From the IMG/VR virus record IMGVR_UViG_3300049144_000011, positions 1 to 57,285 of that record: a DNA stretch of 57,285 nucleotides; one strand, 5' to 3'. Under the pieces are notes generated by a model that saw only the letters and a list, made by a program, of their open reading frames with translations, searched no databases and had not been told where the DNA came from. Both the position numbers and the translations under genes were made by a program. The first letter of the stretch is position 1; each line of letters opens with the position of its first letter. The stretch comes from a virus. Taxonomy: Duplodnaviria; Caudoviricetes. Shown piece after piece: positions 7,827 through 17,680 of this stretch.

Positions 7827-9868
7827 CAGTGCTTCGAATCCTCCTTGTCGAGAACAGAACCCCAGGACTGTTCCCCGATCTCACCATCAGCTGGAATCAG
7901 AAGTCCTCGGTAAACGAACTGCATGATCTCCGCTGCCTTCTTGGTCAGCTCCTCAGCCCGAGACTTGGGGAAGCTGAAGACGATTTCGTCGTGCACTATG
8001 AGGCGCATCCAAGGCGTGAATCCAGCCTTGTCTAGTTCGATCACAGCCCTAGCCGTGATGTCTCTACACGAGGACTGAATCCGATAGTTCATCGCGGCGT
8101 ATGGACGTCGCTCATCAGTGAGGATGCGCCGGCCAGTAACCGTGTAGATGTAGCCGTTACGCTTGGCTTCGTCAGTGCACTTGTTTGAGAGCTTCTTGGT
8201 AGCCGGGTAGGTCTCCCAGAAGCCCTTCACGGCCTTCCTGGCGTCCTCTTCCCCGATGTCCCACTGAGTGGAGACCGCGTTCCAGCCTCCACCGAAACAC
8301 ACCGTGTAGTTCGTGCCCTTGCCGGCCTTACGCATCGGATGCTTGGCCTCATGGTCATTTGGGTCCCAACCCATAAGACCGAAGGCACCAGCCGCAGTGA
8401 TGTTGTGGAGGTCTTCTCCCTCGTTGTACGCCTTCAACATGCGCTTGTCGCCAGAGTCAGCAGCTAGGAACATCAGCTCCATTGAGCTGAAGTCAACCGT
8501 GGCAGTGACGTACTCCTCCACGATGTTCCCGAACTCGTCGTAGTCCGGGTCATCCGCCAAGAAGGCATGACGGACGTACCCGGAGCCAGCCGGCAAGGTC
8601 TGTGCTGCGATAGCCCCTGTGACTGTCATACGGGCACTTCTGGCCTGGCAAGAATTGATCGATACGTGCACCCGACCATGCTTGTCTCTGTTGTTCAAAG
8701 CATTTTCGAACCACGTCTTACGCTTCTTCTCCGCAGACTTGGCCTTGATGATGGCTTCAGTAAGCGGATGGTCAATACTGCTGAGGACGGAGTCATCCGT
8801 CGAGATCTGTCCCTTGGGGTGAGCCTTGCTCGGATTCGTCCTCTTGGTGAGTTTGAATCCCAGGTCTGTAAGGGCCTTGATGATCTGGTCAGAGGAACCA
8901 ATGAGGTCGACACCCCATTCAGCCGCTACAGCCTTCCACTTCTCTTCCTCTACCTTCAGCTCCTCTATCCGAGCCTTGGTGTACTCGGCATCAACGAGGT
9001 AGCCCGTCCGCTCCAACTGGTAAGTAATCCAGTTGAGTCGGTGTTCCCAGCCAATGAGGCCGTAGTGCAGAGACTTCCGCGGAATCAGAGGGAAGAGGAC
9101 GTTCCGGAGGCGATAGGCGAAAATCGGGTCCATGCCGGCGTACAGAAGATAGCCCTCGTGGAACAGAGGAACCTTCTTCCATACGTTGTCCTTGTTGACC
9201 TTGCCGTAGATCCCTTCCTTGAACTCCCGGATGTAGGAGTAGCCTTCGGCCTTAAGCTGCTCCTTGGTGAGGCCAGGGCGATCCGTGAACCGGAACTCAA
9301 GGGTTTCCCCGTCCTTATTCCGGGCCTTGAAGCCGACGACCTCTTTCTGTGCGTTGAGGTCCTGAGCAACGGTGTTCATCGACTTCTTGACCGCAGCACC
9401 AGTCTCAGCGTCGATGTAGTGCGGCACCAGCTCTTCGAGCTTGAGACCAACCCCGCCTTCCTTGACCGCTCTTGAATCAACCAAGTGGGCAAGAATCTTG
9501 GTATCCCAGGTCTTCTTGATCAGGGGAAGGGGATCAATACCAAGGTCTTCCTCAACCGTGTGAATGTCGAATCCACGGTTCTGTGCTGCAAGCCTCTTGA
9601 CCTTCGCCAGAGCCCACTTGACTGCCTGAACGAAGGGCTCCCCCAACTCAACCGGGATGACCCAAGCCGTGTCGTGGTTGCCGAACTGTGCTAGCCGGCA
9701 GTGAAAGCCATCCCCAGCGTTCCACCAGTCCAGTCCCGTAGTCTCGGTGTCGAAACCAAGGAAGTCCTCGTTCTCATTGACGAACTGGTAGAAGCCGGGG
9801 AGGTCTTCCGGGGTCTCGACTACGTAGATAAGAATCGGACCCTTGACGTTTGCTCTGATCGTCTTCAA
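7826..9868 (-). CDS. polA: Family A DNA polymerase with 3'-5' exonuclease
   Basis: ExoI FDTETTG; ExoII NRGFD; ExoIII YAGMD; motif A DFSSMEL; motif B KGTNYTVCFG; NYRIQS; motif C VHDE. Confidence 0.95.
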   Translation of the reverse strand: MKTIRANVKGPILIYVVETPEDLPGFYQFVNENEDFLGFDTETTGLDWWNAGDGFHCRLAQFGNHDTAWVIPVELGEPFVQAVKWALAKVKRLAAQNRGFDIHTVEEDLGIDPLPLIKKTWDTKILAHLVDSRAVKEGGVGLKLEELVPHYIDAETGAAVKKSMNTVAQDLNAQKEVVGFKARNKDGETLEFRFTDRPGLTKEQLKAEGYSYIREFKEGIYGKVNKDNVWKKVPLFHEGYLLYAGMDPIFAYRLRNVLFPLIPRKSLHYGLIGWEHRLNWITYQLERTGYLVDAEYTKARIEELKVEEEKWKAVAAEWGVDLIGSSDQIIKALTDLGFKLTKRTNPSKAHPKGQISTDDSVLSSIDHPLTEAIIKAKSAEKKRKTWFENALNNRDKHGRVHVSINSCQARSARMTVTGAIAAQTLPAGSGYVRHAFLADDPDYDEFGNIVEEYVTATVDFSSMELMFLAADSGDKRMLKAYNEGEDLHNITAAGAFGLMGWDPNDHEAKHPMRKAGKGTNYTVCFGGGWNAVSTQWDIGEEDARKAVKGFWETYPATKKLSNKCTDEAKRNGYIYTVTGRRILTDERRPYAAMNYRIQSSCRDITARAVIELDKAGFTPWMRLIVHDEIVFSFPKSRAEELTKKAAEIMQFVYRGLLIPADGEIGEQSWGSVLDKEDSKH

Positions 9869-9892
9869 GAAGACCTCCCCTGTTGAGTTGAC

Positions 9893-10078
9893 TTACCCCT
9901 TGGCAGCCGTAGCCACGGTCACTTCAGACACGCGTACTACATGCCAGACCCCTGGGCTTCCGGCAAAAAGCCGATTCATCTCGTCGACTGCATCTTGTTG
10001 CTCACTGAACGAGTCGAGAGTGACCCACACCCCTCCGTACTGCCGTTCCCTAAGCTCGTACTCCTCCGAGTAGTTCAC
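9893..10078 (-). CDS. Hypothetical protein
   Basis: GTGA-coupled ORF. Confidence 0.55.
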   Translation of the reverse strand: MNYSEEYELRERQYGGVWVTLDSFSEQQDAVDEMNRLFAGSPGVWHVVRVSEVTVATAAKG

Positions 10079-10242
10079 TTGCCTCCCATAACGCAGCGAC
10101 CCGGCATGTCCTTTGCTGGAGCCATGGACCAGAGAGAACACGGAGCTGCTGCACGCAACCAGATACCGAGACCAATTACAGCGATCAGAGACAGAACCAG
10201 CACAACGTCTACGACGAGGTCTCGCTTACCATTACGCCTCAT
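10075..10242 (-). CDS. Small membrane protein
   Basis: Single hydrophobic helix LVVDVVLVLSLIAVIGLGIWL. Confidence 0.6.
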   Translation of the reverse strand: MRRNGKRDLVVDVVLVLSLIAVIGLGIWLRAAAPCSLWSMAPAKDMPGRCVMGGK

Positions 10243-10438
10243 AGCGCTCCCATCCTGTGCCCTCACCCTCGTAATTGAAGTCCCAATTCGTTGTGAAGCT
10301 CTCGATCCGTGGGGCCTCAGTCTGGAAGTACCACTCCTCAGCCTTTGTGACTTCGAGGATGTCTCCAACGAAAACCCGCGCCATGTTGTGGTGGTCCTCA
10401 AGGATGAGGATCTTGTCTCCGACCTTCAGTGCACTCAC
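10232..10438 (-). CDS. Hypothetical protein (SH3/KOW-like N-terminus)
   Basis: LKVGDKI motif; coupled to thyX. Confidence 0.6.
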   Translation of the reverse strand: MSALKVGDKILILEDHHNMARVFVGDILEVTKAEEWYFQTEAPRIESFTTNWDFNYEGEGTGWERYEA

Positions 10439-11148
10439 TTCTCACTCCCGAAAGGCTCGTCAGAGATGTCCTGGAAAGAGTTGGGGGCGATATCCCGGAG
10501 GTGACCAAGGACCAGGCCGGCAAAGACCTGAATCTCAGCGTCAGCGGCCACGTGGTGACGCTTGCCGAGTACATCCCGCCATGCCCGGAGGTTTCCGGTA
10601 ACCACCATGTCCACCGGAGCCGCATTCGGCAGAACTGCCCGAGCTGCCTCACGGGCCTGCTTACGGGGGAGACCGCCCTGAGTCAGCTTCTCCACAAGCG
10701 TCTTGTAGCACGAGACAGCACCGATATAGGCCCCTCGAAGAAAATCAGCTTCGTACTTCCCCATTGCTGGAGGGATCACCGGCTCAGTCTCCGAGTAGTC
10801 CACGTACCGCTGAGAGACCACGGAGAAGGATAGGTGGCGGTGTCGAGTCAGCTCAGCCAGAAGAGCACGAGAGACACCGCGGACAAGGAACGACACTGAG
10901 GAGTGCTCCAGGACGCTGAAGTGCCCCTGGTCCAGGATGTTCTTGAGGTATCCGTCATTCCGAGCTGTGGCAAGGTTCGGCCGGTTGAACGACTTGTAGC
11001 AGAGTCGGCCGGCTCCCTCTGCCAGTGCATCGGCATCTGTAGGGATCTGCTTCCACGACGTCACGCCAGGGCCATAGACGTCATACCCGTAAGCATCGTC
11101 AAGGGTCCACGAATGGAGAATGGTTGAGGCCAGAACGTCAACGTTCAT
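10435..11148 (-). CDS. thyX: FAD-dependent thymidylate synthase
   Basis: GHFSVLEH; ThyX signature [17 protein letters not shown]; [10 protein letters not shown]; NLRAW. Confidence 0.96.
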   Translation of the reverse strand: MNVDVLASTILHSWTLDDAYGYDVYGPGVTSWKQIPTDADALAEGAGRLCYKSFNRPNLATARNDGYLKNILDQGHFSVLEHSSVSFLVRGVSRALLAELTRHRHLSFSVVSQRYVDYSETEPVIPPAMGKYEADFLRGAYIGAVSCYKTLVEKLTQGGLPRKQAREAARAVLPNAAPVDMVVTGNLRAWRDVLGKRHHVAADAEIQVFAGLVLGHLRDIAPNSFQDISDEPFGSEK

Positions 11149-11318
11149 CAGTAGTACAGCTCCGCAATCTTGTTGGTGTATGCCTGGAGGAGGTACTTAG
11201 ACACCTCCGGAGTGAAGACAGGCTTGTTCCTCATCTCAACCAGGATTGAAGCCCGCAGATCTTCAAGGGACATCTCGTCAATGCCAGGCTTCAGCTGATC
11301 AAGCTGTGTGAATTCCAC
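11148..11318 (-). CDS. Hypothetical protein
   Basis: RBS AGGAG before GTG; fills the gap. Confidence 0.55.
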   Translation of the reverse strand: MEFTQLDQLKPGIDEMSLEDLRASILVEMRNKPVFTPEVSKYLLQAYTNKIAELYY

Positions 11319-11326
11319 GGTGGCTC

Positions 11327-11896
11327 CTAGTACCAGTGGTGCGACTGCCAGAAGGACCAGGCCCCGCAAGCCCCGCCATATCGAGAGTCGACGTACGACT
11401 TCATCCAACGGAGCTGAGTAACGGGGTTAGTTCGCCAATCGGCGCCGGCTGATGACATCTTGGAGCCGGGAAGTGCTTGACCAAGGCCGTAAGCCCCAGA
11501 TGAAGGGTTGGTGGCGTTCACTCGCCACCCAGACTCCCGGATAATCAGAGAGTCAATGCAGGAGTACTGAGATCCGAAGATGGACCGAGCAGCCCCCCTA
11601 GCCCCACCCTGTCGGACAGGATCCTGAGTCTTCGGCGCCTGCCTCTTACGTTCATTGGAGCGAGAGACTTCCTTGGGGACCTTGGGCCGAACCGTCTTGG
11701 TCTCCACTACCTTCTTGGTCACTGTCGGGCCAGGGACCGGAACCTTCTTGGTCTCAGTCGTGGTGACCGTGGGCCCTGGAACAGGCACCTTCTTGACCTC
11801 GGGACCGTTCATCTGGAGTGCAGCGTGAGTAAACACGCTGCTGGCGAAGGCGATTGCTACGCCTCCAACGAGGATCTTCGCTGCCTTCTCATTCAT
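11327..11896 (-). CDS. Secreted lytic-transglycosylase-like (SLT/Rpf-like) protein
   Basis: N-terminal signal/TM; KKVPVPGPTVT repeats; RESGW...NPSSGAYGLGQALP...NPVTQLRW..Y...RYG...HHWY. Confidence 0.85.
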   Translation of the reverse strand: MNEKAAKILVGGVAIAFASSVFTHAALQMNGPEVKKVPVPGPTVTTTETKKVPVPGPTVTKKVVETKTVRPKVPKEVSRSNERKRQAPKTQDPVRQGGARGAARSIFGSQYSCIDSLIIRESGWRVNATNPSSGAYGLGQALPGSKMSSAGADWRTNPVTQLRWMKSYVDSRYGGACGAWSFWQSHHWY

Positions 11897-11994
11897 ATGA
11901 CTCCGATGCCGGAGGGCATCGGGGGCCGGCCGGATTACCGGCCCCCGGAGAGACCTATGGGTCTCGAATCAACTTAGGAGGCAAAAAAAGAGGC

Positions 11995-12549
11995 TTACTT
12001 CAGTTCGTACTTGCCAGACTTCTTGTTCTTGAAGGCGGGCGGACACTGAGCACTCTTCTCACGCTCCTGGCAGAACATCGCCTCCCAGTTGTCCTTCGCA
12101 AAGTGCTTCCGGTCACCGTGCATACAGGTCGTCACGCCAAGGTCCGAGCCACCCGAAGAAGCAGCCTGAGAAGTCATCCGACCGTTCTCGAACCGAGGCT
12201 TTTCGCCTGTCGGCGCAGGCTTCTGACCACCCTTGTACTGGCCTCGGGTGTACTCCGCAGCCTGAGTAGTCAGGTCGATAAGACCAACCGCACGCATCGC
12301 CAGAAGGAGGTCCTTGCCCCGCTGGGCAGTCTCCTCAGCAGAGGCACCGTAGACAGTCGGGGTCAGCCACTCAGCGTCAAAACCGCTCGAAGCCTTAAGG
12401 GTGAAGCCAATCTTGAAGGGGTTCGGGGAAGAAGCAGCAACGGGCGGAGTGGTCACAGGCGCCTCCTGAGTGGTCGGCTGAGGGTCGGGCTGAGCAACGT
12501 CCCAAGGAGAGCGAGTACCCCAAGGGTCGGTCGGGTCAAAGTCAGTCAT
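11995..12549 (-). CDS. Conserved actinophage hypothetical protein with C-terminal CxHG...C...C motif
   Basis: RBS AGGAGG; CMHG...FC...QCP. Confidence 0.75.
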   Translation of the reverse strand: MTDFDPTDPWGTRSPWDVAQPDPQPTTQEAPVTTPPVAASSPNPFKIGFTLKASSGFDAEWLTPTVYGASAEETAQRGKDLLLAMRAVGLIDLTTQAAEYTRGQYKGGQKPAPTGEKPRFENGRMTSQAASSGGSDLGVTTCMHGDRKHFAKDNWEAMFCQEREKSAQCPPAFKNKKSGKYELK

Positions 12550-12643
12550 TCGTTACCTCCTAGCGGCGCAAGCAGTGCTTAGCGCCTACTTCCAGTGTGA
12601 CAGGAGCCGGGTCTCGTTTCAACCTTGAGTGCAGTGCTGTGGG

Positions 12644-14689
12644 TCACACAGGACATGCACCAGAAGCGCACACCTCGTCAAAGCCGGTGTCCGTGACCTC
12701 GATCCCGACCTCTTCAGCACGAGCCTTGTACTCCTCGAAGGAGACTCGCTCGTAAGGAGACTGAGGCATAGACATCTCCGGGAACACGGTCGTCCCCTTC
12801 AGCTCCGGAAGGTACTCAGTCAGCAGGCCGGCCAGTCCCTCAGGCTCATAGAGAGACGGATCAACGTTGACCGTGTAAGACACGGCCTGGTCAGCCCAAT
12901 GCTTCTGATAGAGCCGCTGAACCTCAAGCATGTCCCGGATCGTCAGATCCCCGGCGTGCTGGAAGTACTCCGGGAACTCCAGCTCGTCAAGGAGGCTGTC
13001 CTTGGTAGGGATCTCCACCACAGACGTGTTAGCTGCGTACTGGCAGGGCTCTACTCGGTAGCCCTTGCGATGGTACTCCTCCACCTGAGCCACCTCAGAT
13101 GGCTCCAGGTCCGAGAACCGGATCCGGCGGATGAAGTAGTCCGCAAAGGGGGCATGTACAGCCTCCCCGCTGACGCCGGCAAGCTTCGAGGTCGTACCAG
13201 TCGGAGCAATCACCCTCTTCTTGACTGGAGTTGGGATCCTGAGCTGATTGGAGTACTCGGCTGCTGCCTCGTCCACCTCGTCGGCCCAGCTGGTCAGCAT
13301 GGACGACACGTAGCCGTTGTGAGGGGCCTCGGTGTATCGAATCCCCTGCTTGTAGATATAGTCAGCGAAGCCAAGGTGGCCAACACCGATGCGACGGTAA
13401 CGAGCAATGGCTTCTGCGGACTTGGGATCGGCGACCTTCGCAAAGGTACCTCGGATCAGGTACCGAGTGATGAGCCGGTGAGCTTCCCCTAGACCGTCGT
13501 AATCCACAGACCCATCAGAGCCCACGAACGCACCGAGGTTGACCGAACCAAGGTTGCACGGCTCCCACGCAGTCAACGTTGCCTCGCCACACGGGTTGGT
13601 CGTGAAGGTGCCATCAACCTCCCCTACTGCGGTCAAGGCACTGTTCCACACACCAGGCTCACCGTTGCGGAGCATGCCCTCAGCGACACCAGTCAGCACG
13701 TCTTCAGCGTAGATCCGGCGAACTTCCGTGGTCTGCCCTGACAGAGAGTCAAAGAACTCCTGGTCCACCTCAACACTGATGTTGGTCGTCCAGTGACCCC
13801 CCTCCGCCTTGATGTTGATGAAGTCGAAGATCAGTGGGTCATCCCAACGCATAATCGACATGCGGGCGGAGCGACGGACACCACCAGACACAATGCACTT
13901 GGCAATAGCGTGATCAATCCGCATGGCACGGAGACCTCCAAGAGAGACCGGCTCCTCCAAGGAGTCACCCGTCAGGGCGCAATCCCGAAGAATCTGCCCT
14001 ACCTCCCACATCATCTCCGCGAAGGGCTCGGGACCCGACGCTGTGCCACCGAATGACTTCAGCGGAGCGCCCTTGGGGCGAACCCGAGACACGTCGTAGA
14101 CCCGCTGCGTGTGCCGGGTCTTCGGGTCATGCGCAGTACGGATCAGGTCGCCCAGGGCGTCAGCCCAACCCTCCCGACTGTCCTCCACTCCGTAGGCACC
14201 AGCCCAGGTGTACGCATACTCAGTCGAGATAAGGCCAGCTTCCACCATGTCCAGGTAGTCAGGGTGGGAGGGGTCACAGACGATGTGCACCTGAACCGGG
14301 ACCTGGACCGCGGGGTAGTCCTCAAGGAACCGCTCCGAGTAGTTCGAGCCCACTCCCCCACCTTCGGCCAACCGCAGCAAGGTGAAGGTGAAGTGCTCCT
14401 CAGGACGGGCGGAATCCCAGCCGGCCGCCCAACAGTTGTTCAGGGCGAAGTCGTTGACACCACTGGACTTCAGGTGCCGACCAGCCGGCAGGATCTTGAA
14501 ACCCTCAATCATCTCAATGAGGGCCTCTCGCTCGCCCTCCTCGATGTACCGCGGCTCAACCAGCTTCAGGTTGCCGTCCACCACACGGCGAACGGTCTCG
14601 GGCCACGTCTCCTGAGAGCCGTCAGGCTTGGTGCGGCTGTACGTCCTCAGGTAAACCTGCTTCGCTGTCTCGGTCTTGAACTCTGTCAT
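12644..14689 (-). CDS. nrdJ: Class II (adenosylcobalamin-dependent) ribonucleotide reductase
   Basis: YLRTYSR; PAGR; NNC; GGVRRSA; TNPCGE; APTGT; C-terminal CASGACP; no small-subunit gene in the window. Confidence 0.95.
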   Translation of the reverse strand: MTEFKTETAKQVYLRTYSRTKPDGSQETWPETVRRVVDGNLKLVEPRYIEEGEREALIEMIEGFKILPAGRHLKSSGVNDFALNNCWAAGWDSARPEEHFTFTLLRLAEGGGVGSNYSERFLEDYPAVQVPVQVHIVCDPSHPDYLDMVEAGLISTEYAYTWAGAYGVEDSREGWADALGDLIRTAHDPKTRHTQRVYDVSRVRPKGAPLKSFGGTASGPEPFAEMMWEVGQILRDCALTGDSLEEPVSLGGLRAMRIDHAIAKCIVSGGVRRSARMSIMRWDDPLIFDFINIKAEGGHWTTNISVEVDQEFFDSLSGQTTEVRRIYAEDVLTGVAEGMLRNGEPGVWNSALTAVGEVDGTFTTNPCGEATLTAWEPCNLGSVNLGAFVGSDGSVDYDGLGEAHRLITRYLIRGTFAKVADPKSAEAIARYRRIGVGHLGFADYIYKQGIRYTEAPHNGYVSSMLTSWADEVDEAAAEYSNQLRIPTPVKKRVIAPTGTTSKLAGVSGEAVHAPFADYFIRRIRFSDLEPSEVAQVEEYHRKGYRVEPCQYAANTSVVEIPTKDSLLDELEFPEYFQHAGDLTIRDMLEVQRLYQKHWADQAVSYTVNVDPSLYEPEGLAGLLTEYLPELKGTTVFPEMSMPQSPYERVSFEEYKARAEEVGIEVTDTGFDEVCASGACPV

Positions 14690-14871
14690 TCAGTCTCCTC
14701 AATGTCTTCGATCTTCATGTCACCAGTCCACGTGGACGTGAACTCACCGCCCGCGTCTCCGTGCTCCAGGGCGTACCAGAGAAGCCTTCCAGGGTGGGAA
14801 TCGTAGGAGTCCTCGAACTCTTCGGAGTCAATTTCAACCACCAGCGTGGTTGTGATCCGTGTGGTAGCCAC
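14686..14871 (-). CDS. Hypothetical acidic protein
   Basis: Coupled to the RNR start. Confidence 0.6.
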   Translation of the reverse strand: MATTRITTTLVVEIDSEEFEDSYDSHPGRLLWYALEHGDAGGEFTSTWTGDMKIEDIEETE

Positions 14872-14876
14872 GGCCC

Positions 14877-15431
14877 TTACCTTCCAGTTCGGATGTTGCG
14901 GTTCATGATCTGTGTCAGGGAATCCACGGCCCGGTAAGAGGCTCGACGCTCGTTGTCGTCCTTCGGAGGCAGACCGTAGATGAAGACCCGCTGGACGACC
15001 TCCTTGTAGCCCTGGGAGAGCTTCTGAATGCCCTTCGAGGCATCCATACGAGCCGTGATGATGTTGTCCGAGATCCGAGCCTGAGTCAGGTCGTCCTTCT
15101 TGCCGATGACCTGCCCTATCTCCTCGTCCGAGTAGACGAAGGAGCGGAGTGCAATCCGGACCTCATCAGGGGTGTAGAAGTACTGATCGTCCATCAGGTC
15201 GTAGTGGTTACGCTCCCTGGCCGCGTATCGCCGGCCAGCGTTCCAGCAGATCTTCCGGAGGAGGTCAGTGTCGTCCTTGTACCGCTCAACGATGTGGCGC
15301 TCTTCCAGGAGATGAACCATGATCTCCTGTTTCACGTCATCGGCCTCAACCACCGACCACTTGTCAGCAATCTCCCGAGACACCTTTCCGGCAATCTCGA
15401 TGATCGGTTCCCAATCGAACTGCTCGCTCAC
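14877..15431 (-). CDS. Sigma-factor-like transcription regulator
   Basis: Region-2-like EADDVKQE and region-4-like IQKLSQGYKEVV segments; same position as in L5-like phages. Confidence 0.6.
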   Translation of the reverse strand: MSEQFDWEPIIEIAGKVSREIADKWSVVEADDVKQEIMVHLLEERHIVERYKDDTDLLRKICWNAGRRYAARERNHYDLMDDQYFYTPDEVRIALRSFVYSDEEIGQVIGKKDDLTQARISDNIITARMDASKGIQKLSQGYKEVVQRVFIYGLPPKDDNERRASYRAVDSLTQIMNRNIRTGR

Positions 15432-15640
15432 TCATCCTCCTTGTAAACTTCGGGCTTGCCATCATGCGTCACAGACGACCAGTCATCACCGAGGTCCACC
15501 TTGGAAGCGCATTGGTGACAAAGACCTGTGTAAACCTCTGACTCCGCAATCTCAGCGATGATTTCAGGGTCAGTCTCATCCGTCTCAACAGTGACGGCTG
15601 TGTTTGCCCAAGTTGTAAGAGGAACTGAGTACTTAGCCAT
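15428..15640 (-). CDS. Hypothetical protein
   Basis: LCHQC motif; coupled. Confidence 0.65.
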   Translation of the reverse strand: MAKYSVPLTTWANTAVTVETDETDPEIIAEIAESEVYTGLCHQCASKVDLGDDWSSVTHDGKPEVYKEDE

Positions 15641-15941
15641 CAGCCTTCACCGGCTTCCACTCAGTGGTGACGACCTCAACCAATTCGACCTCAATGGCTG
15701 TGATCTTGTTCTCGTAGTTCCAGAGATCGGTGTCCTGCATCTCAGTGGCCCCGGACTGGTAGTAGACGCGGTACGCCTTACCGTCATCCGGGGCACGGAA
15801 GACGAACTCATAGATGTGGTGCCACCGGGTGGTGTCGTACAGCTCGTCATACAGCTCTTCCGCGGTCCCCTCGTCCCCTCCGCACTCGAAGGGAACCCCG
15901 ATCTCCTCAAGCTCGTCTCGGGTGAATACGCGAGTCTTCAT
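15633..15941 (-). CDS. Hypothetical protein
   Basis: ATG overlaps the exonuclease stop; RBS GAGGAG. Confidence 0.7.
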   Translation of the reverse strand: MKTRVFTRDELEEIGVPFECGGDEGTAEELYDELYDTTRWHHIYEFVFRAPDDGKAYRVYYQSGATEMQDTDLWNYENKITAIEVELVEVVTTEWKPVKADG

Positions 15942-16681
15942 CACTTCACTCCTCGAATTTCGACGCCAGACAGCCGCTTTCCACTGCGAACCCACTTCCC
16001 GCAGTCCTCACAGCGGTACTGCTGGAAGGCGGACACCTGCGTATAGGCAATCCCGCGCTTCTTCAGGTTCGACCCACCACAGTTCGTGCAGGTGTCTTCG
16101 TCGCCCTCCTGGTAAAGGCCGTGGGAGGGGTGAGAGCTGATCCACGGAAGCAGTCGGTCATAGAGCTGCTCAGTGATCACAACATCCTGGACGTTGTACT
16201 TCTTCATCTCCTCCCAGGCCTGAAAGTCGCCAGCCATGCACTTGACCCAGAGCTGATGGCCACCGTTCTGAACCTTGTGGTCCAGGCCGAGTGCCTGGGT
16301 AACGTAGTCGAGCTTGTTGCTCGGGAATCGGAACTGCTTCTTCACGACCTTCAGGAGGTCGATCTGCGCGTAGGGAGACGGAGGGGTCAGGCCGGCCTCA
16401 ATGAACTCCCGGTTGAGATGGGGGATGTCAAACCGGGCTCCGTTGAAGTGGATTACGGCGTCAGCCTCAGAGAGGAGGTTGTACGCAGCCTCCACCATCT
16501 GCTTCTTGGTGTTGTGAAAGGAGCTGAAGAACATGACGTCCTCCAAGTCCGCCCACTTGGCTGCGAAGCAGATGACCTCACCGCTCTCAAGGAGCTGGTT
16601 GAGTCCAACGTTCTGCTGCCAAAGGCCCCAGACGTGGGCCAAGTTCGGACTGGTCTCGATATCCAAGGTAAGTAGCTTCAT
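15941..16681 (-). CDS. RNase H-like/DnaQ-type 3'-5' exonuclease with C-terminal Zn ribbon
   Basis: LDIET; HFNGARFD; YNVQDV; CTNCG...CEDCG. Confidence 0.88.
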   Translation of the reverse strand: MKLLTLDIETSPNLAHVWGLWQQNVGLNQLLESGEVICFAAKWADLEDVMFFSSFHNTKKQMVEAAYNLLSEADAVIHFNGARFDIPHLNREFIEAGLTPPSPYAQIDLLKVVKKQFRFPSNKLDYVTQALGLDHKVQNGGHQLWVKCMAGDFQAWEEMKKYNVQDVVITEQLYDRLLPWISSHPSHGLYQEGDEDTCTNCGGSNLKKRGIAYTQVSAFQQYRCEDCGKWVRSGKRLSGVEIRGVK

Positions 16682-17007
16682 GCCATCAACTCCATTGCCT
16701 TCTCGGCCTGATCAATCTTCGGGGTACAGAGAAAGGGCCTAAGGAGGGAGACGGCAGCTACAGCCTCCGCACTCCACACGGTCCATTGGTAGTAAGCCTG
16801 TTTGGTGTTGGAATAGGGGCCGTAGGGCCCTCGTACCTTTCCACCAAGCGACTTCTGTAGACGGTCAAGCGGTTCGCGCTGCACCTGAGATGCCTGAACT
16901 CGGAACCGCAATTTCGTTGACGGACGCCGCTCCTTGTAGGAGCCGAAGTTTCCCTCTCCATCCAAGAAGCCAGCGCACCAAGCAAGTTCGGAGTCACTCG
17001 GCTTCAC
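16678..17007 (-). mobile_element. Free-standing single-motif LAGLIDADG homing endonuclease gene
   Basis: LAWCAGFLDGEGNF...Q..REPL..LQ..LGG...YQW...PFL..K. Confidence 0.85.
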
Positions 17008-17680
17008 CGGCTACCTCCTTCAACTTGGCCATGAGTTGGCCACCTATGTATTCGGTGTAGGCCGGCGGAATGGCCTCGGTAAGTGCTTCATGACTGTCGA
17101 TCCAGTCAATCCCCATTGCCTCCTGCATCTCAGAGACGTTGGCCTTTCCTCCGCCCTTTCCATACGCAGCCACATAGGGTCCATCGCGCCAAACCCCGTG
17201 ACGGTAGCCCCGTACATAACCGCGGTGCTTCAAGTGCGGAGGTGGAGGAGAGGACCAGTTGACGAGTTCGATGTTTCGATGCCGAAGAACACCAAGGCCG
17301 AACATCTCTCCGCAAAGGACCATGTCCTTTCGGGACTCCGGATTCTCGATGACACCCGGGCCCGGAAGGGCGTACATCAGAGGCATGACCAGCGGATACA
17401 GATCCACGTACAGGCCTGCGAGATGAGCGTTGGTCCCCTTGGTCAAGGTGCACTTCGCCTGGCACGGCGGAGAGGCGTGGTAGGCGTCGAACTGAGACAG
17501 GAAGTCGTAATCTTGGAGGACTTCCAGAGCGTCAGCCTTGATGAACTCGAAGGGGTAGTTGGGGCGCTCAACGATGTCCACACCGACGACTTCGAACCCT
17601 GACCGGTGGTAGCCCATACCAGCGCCACCTTCACAGCAGAAAAGGTCCAGGAGGCGAGGCTTAGTCAACCGAGCCCCCAA
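16994..17680 (-). CDS. C5-cytosine DNA methyltransferase-like protein
   Basis: Motif I LDLFCCEGG; motif IV SPPCQ; motif VI IENP; RHR; EAIPPAY. Confidence 0.85.
   Translation of the reverse strand: MGARLTKPRLLDLFCCEGGAGMGYHRSGFEVVGVDIVERPNYPFEFIKADALEVLQDYDFLSQFDAYHASPPCQAKCTLTKGTNAHLAGLYVDLYPLVMPLMYALPGPGVIENPESRKDMVLCGEMFGLGVLRHRNIELVNWSSPPPPHLKHRGYVRGYRHGVWRDGPYVAAYGKGGGKANVSEMQEAMGIDWIDSHEALTEAIPPAYTEYIGGQLMAKLKEVAGEAE

Noticed and set aside
11720-11800. Tandem DNA repeat in the SLT gene
   Set aside because: Explained by the protein linker repeat KKVPVPGPTVT
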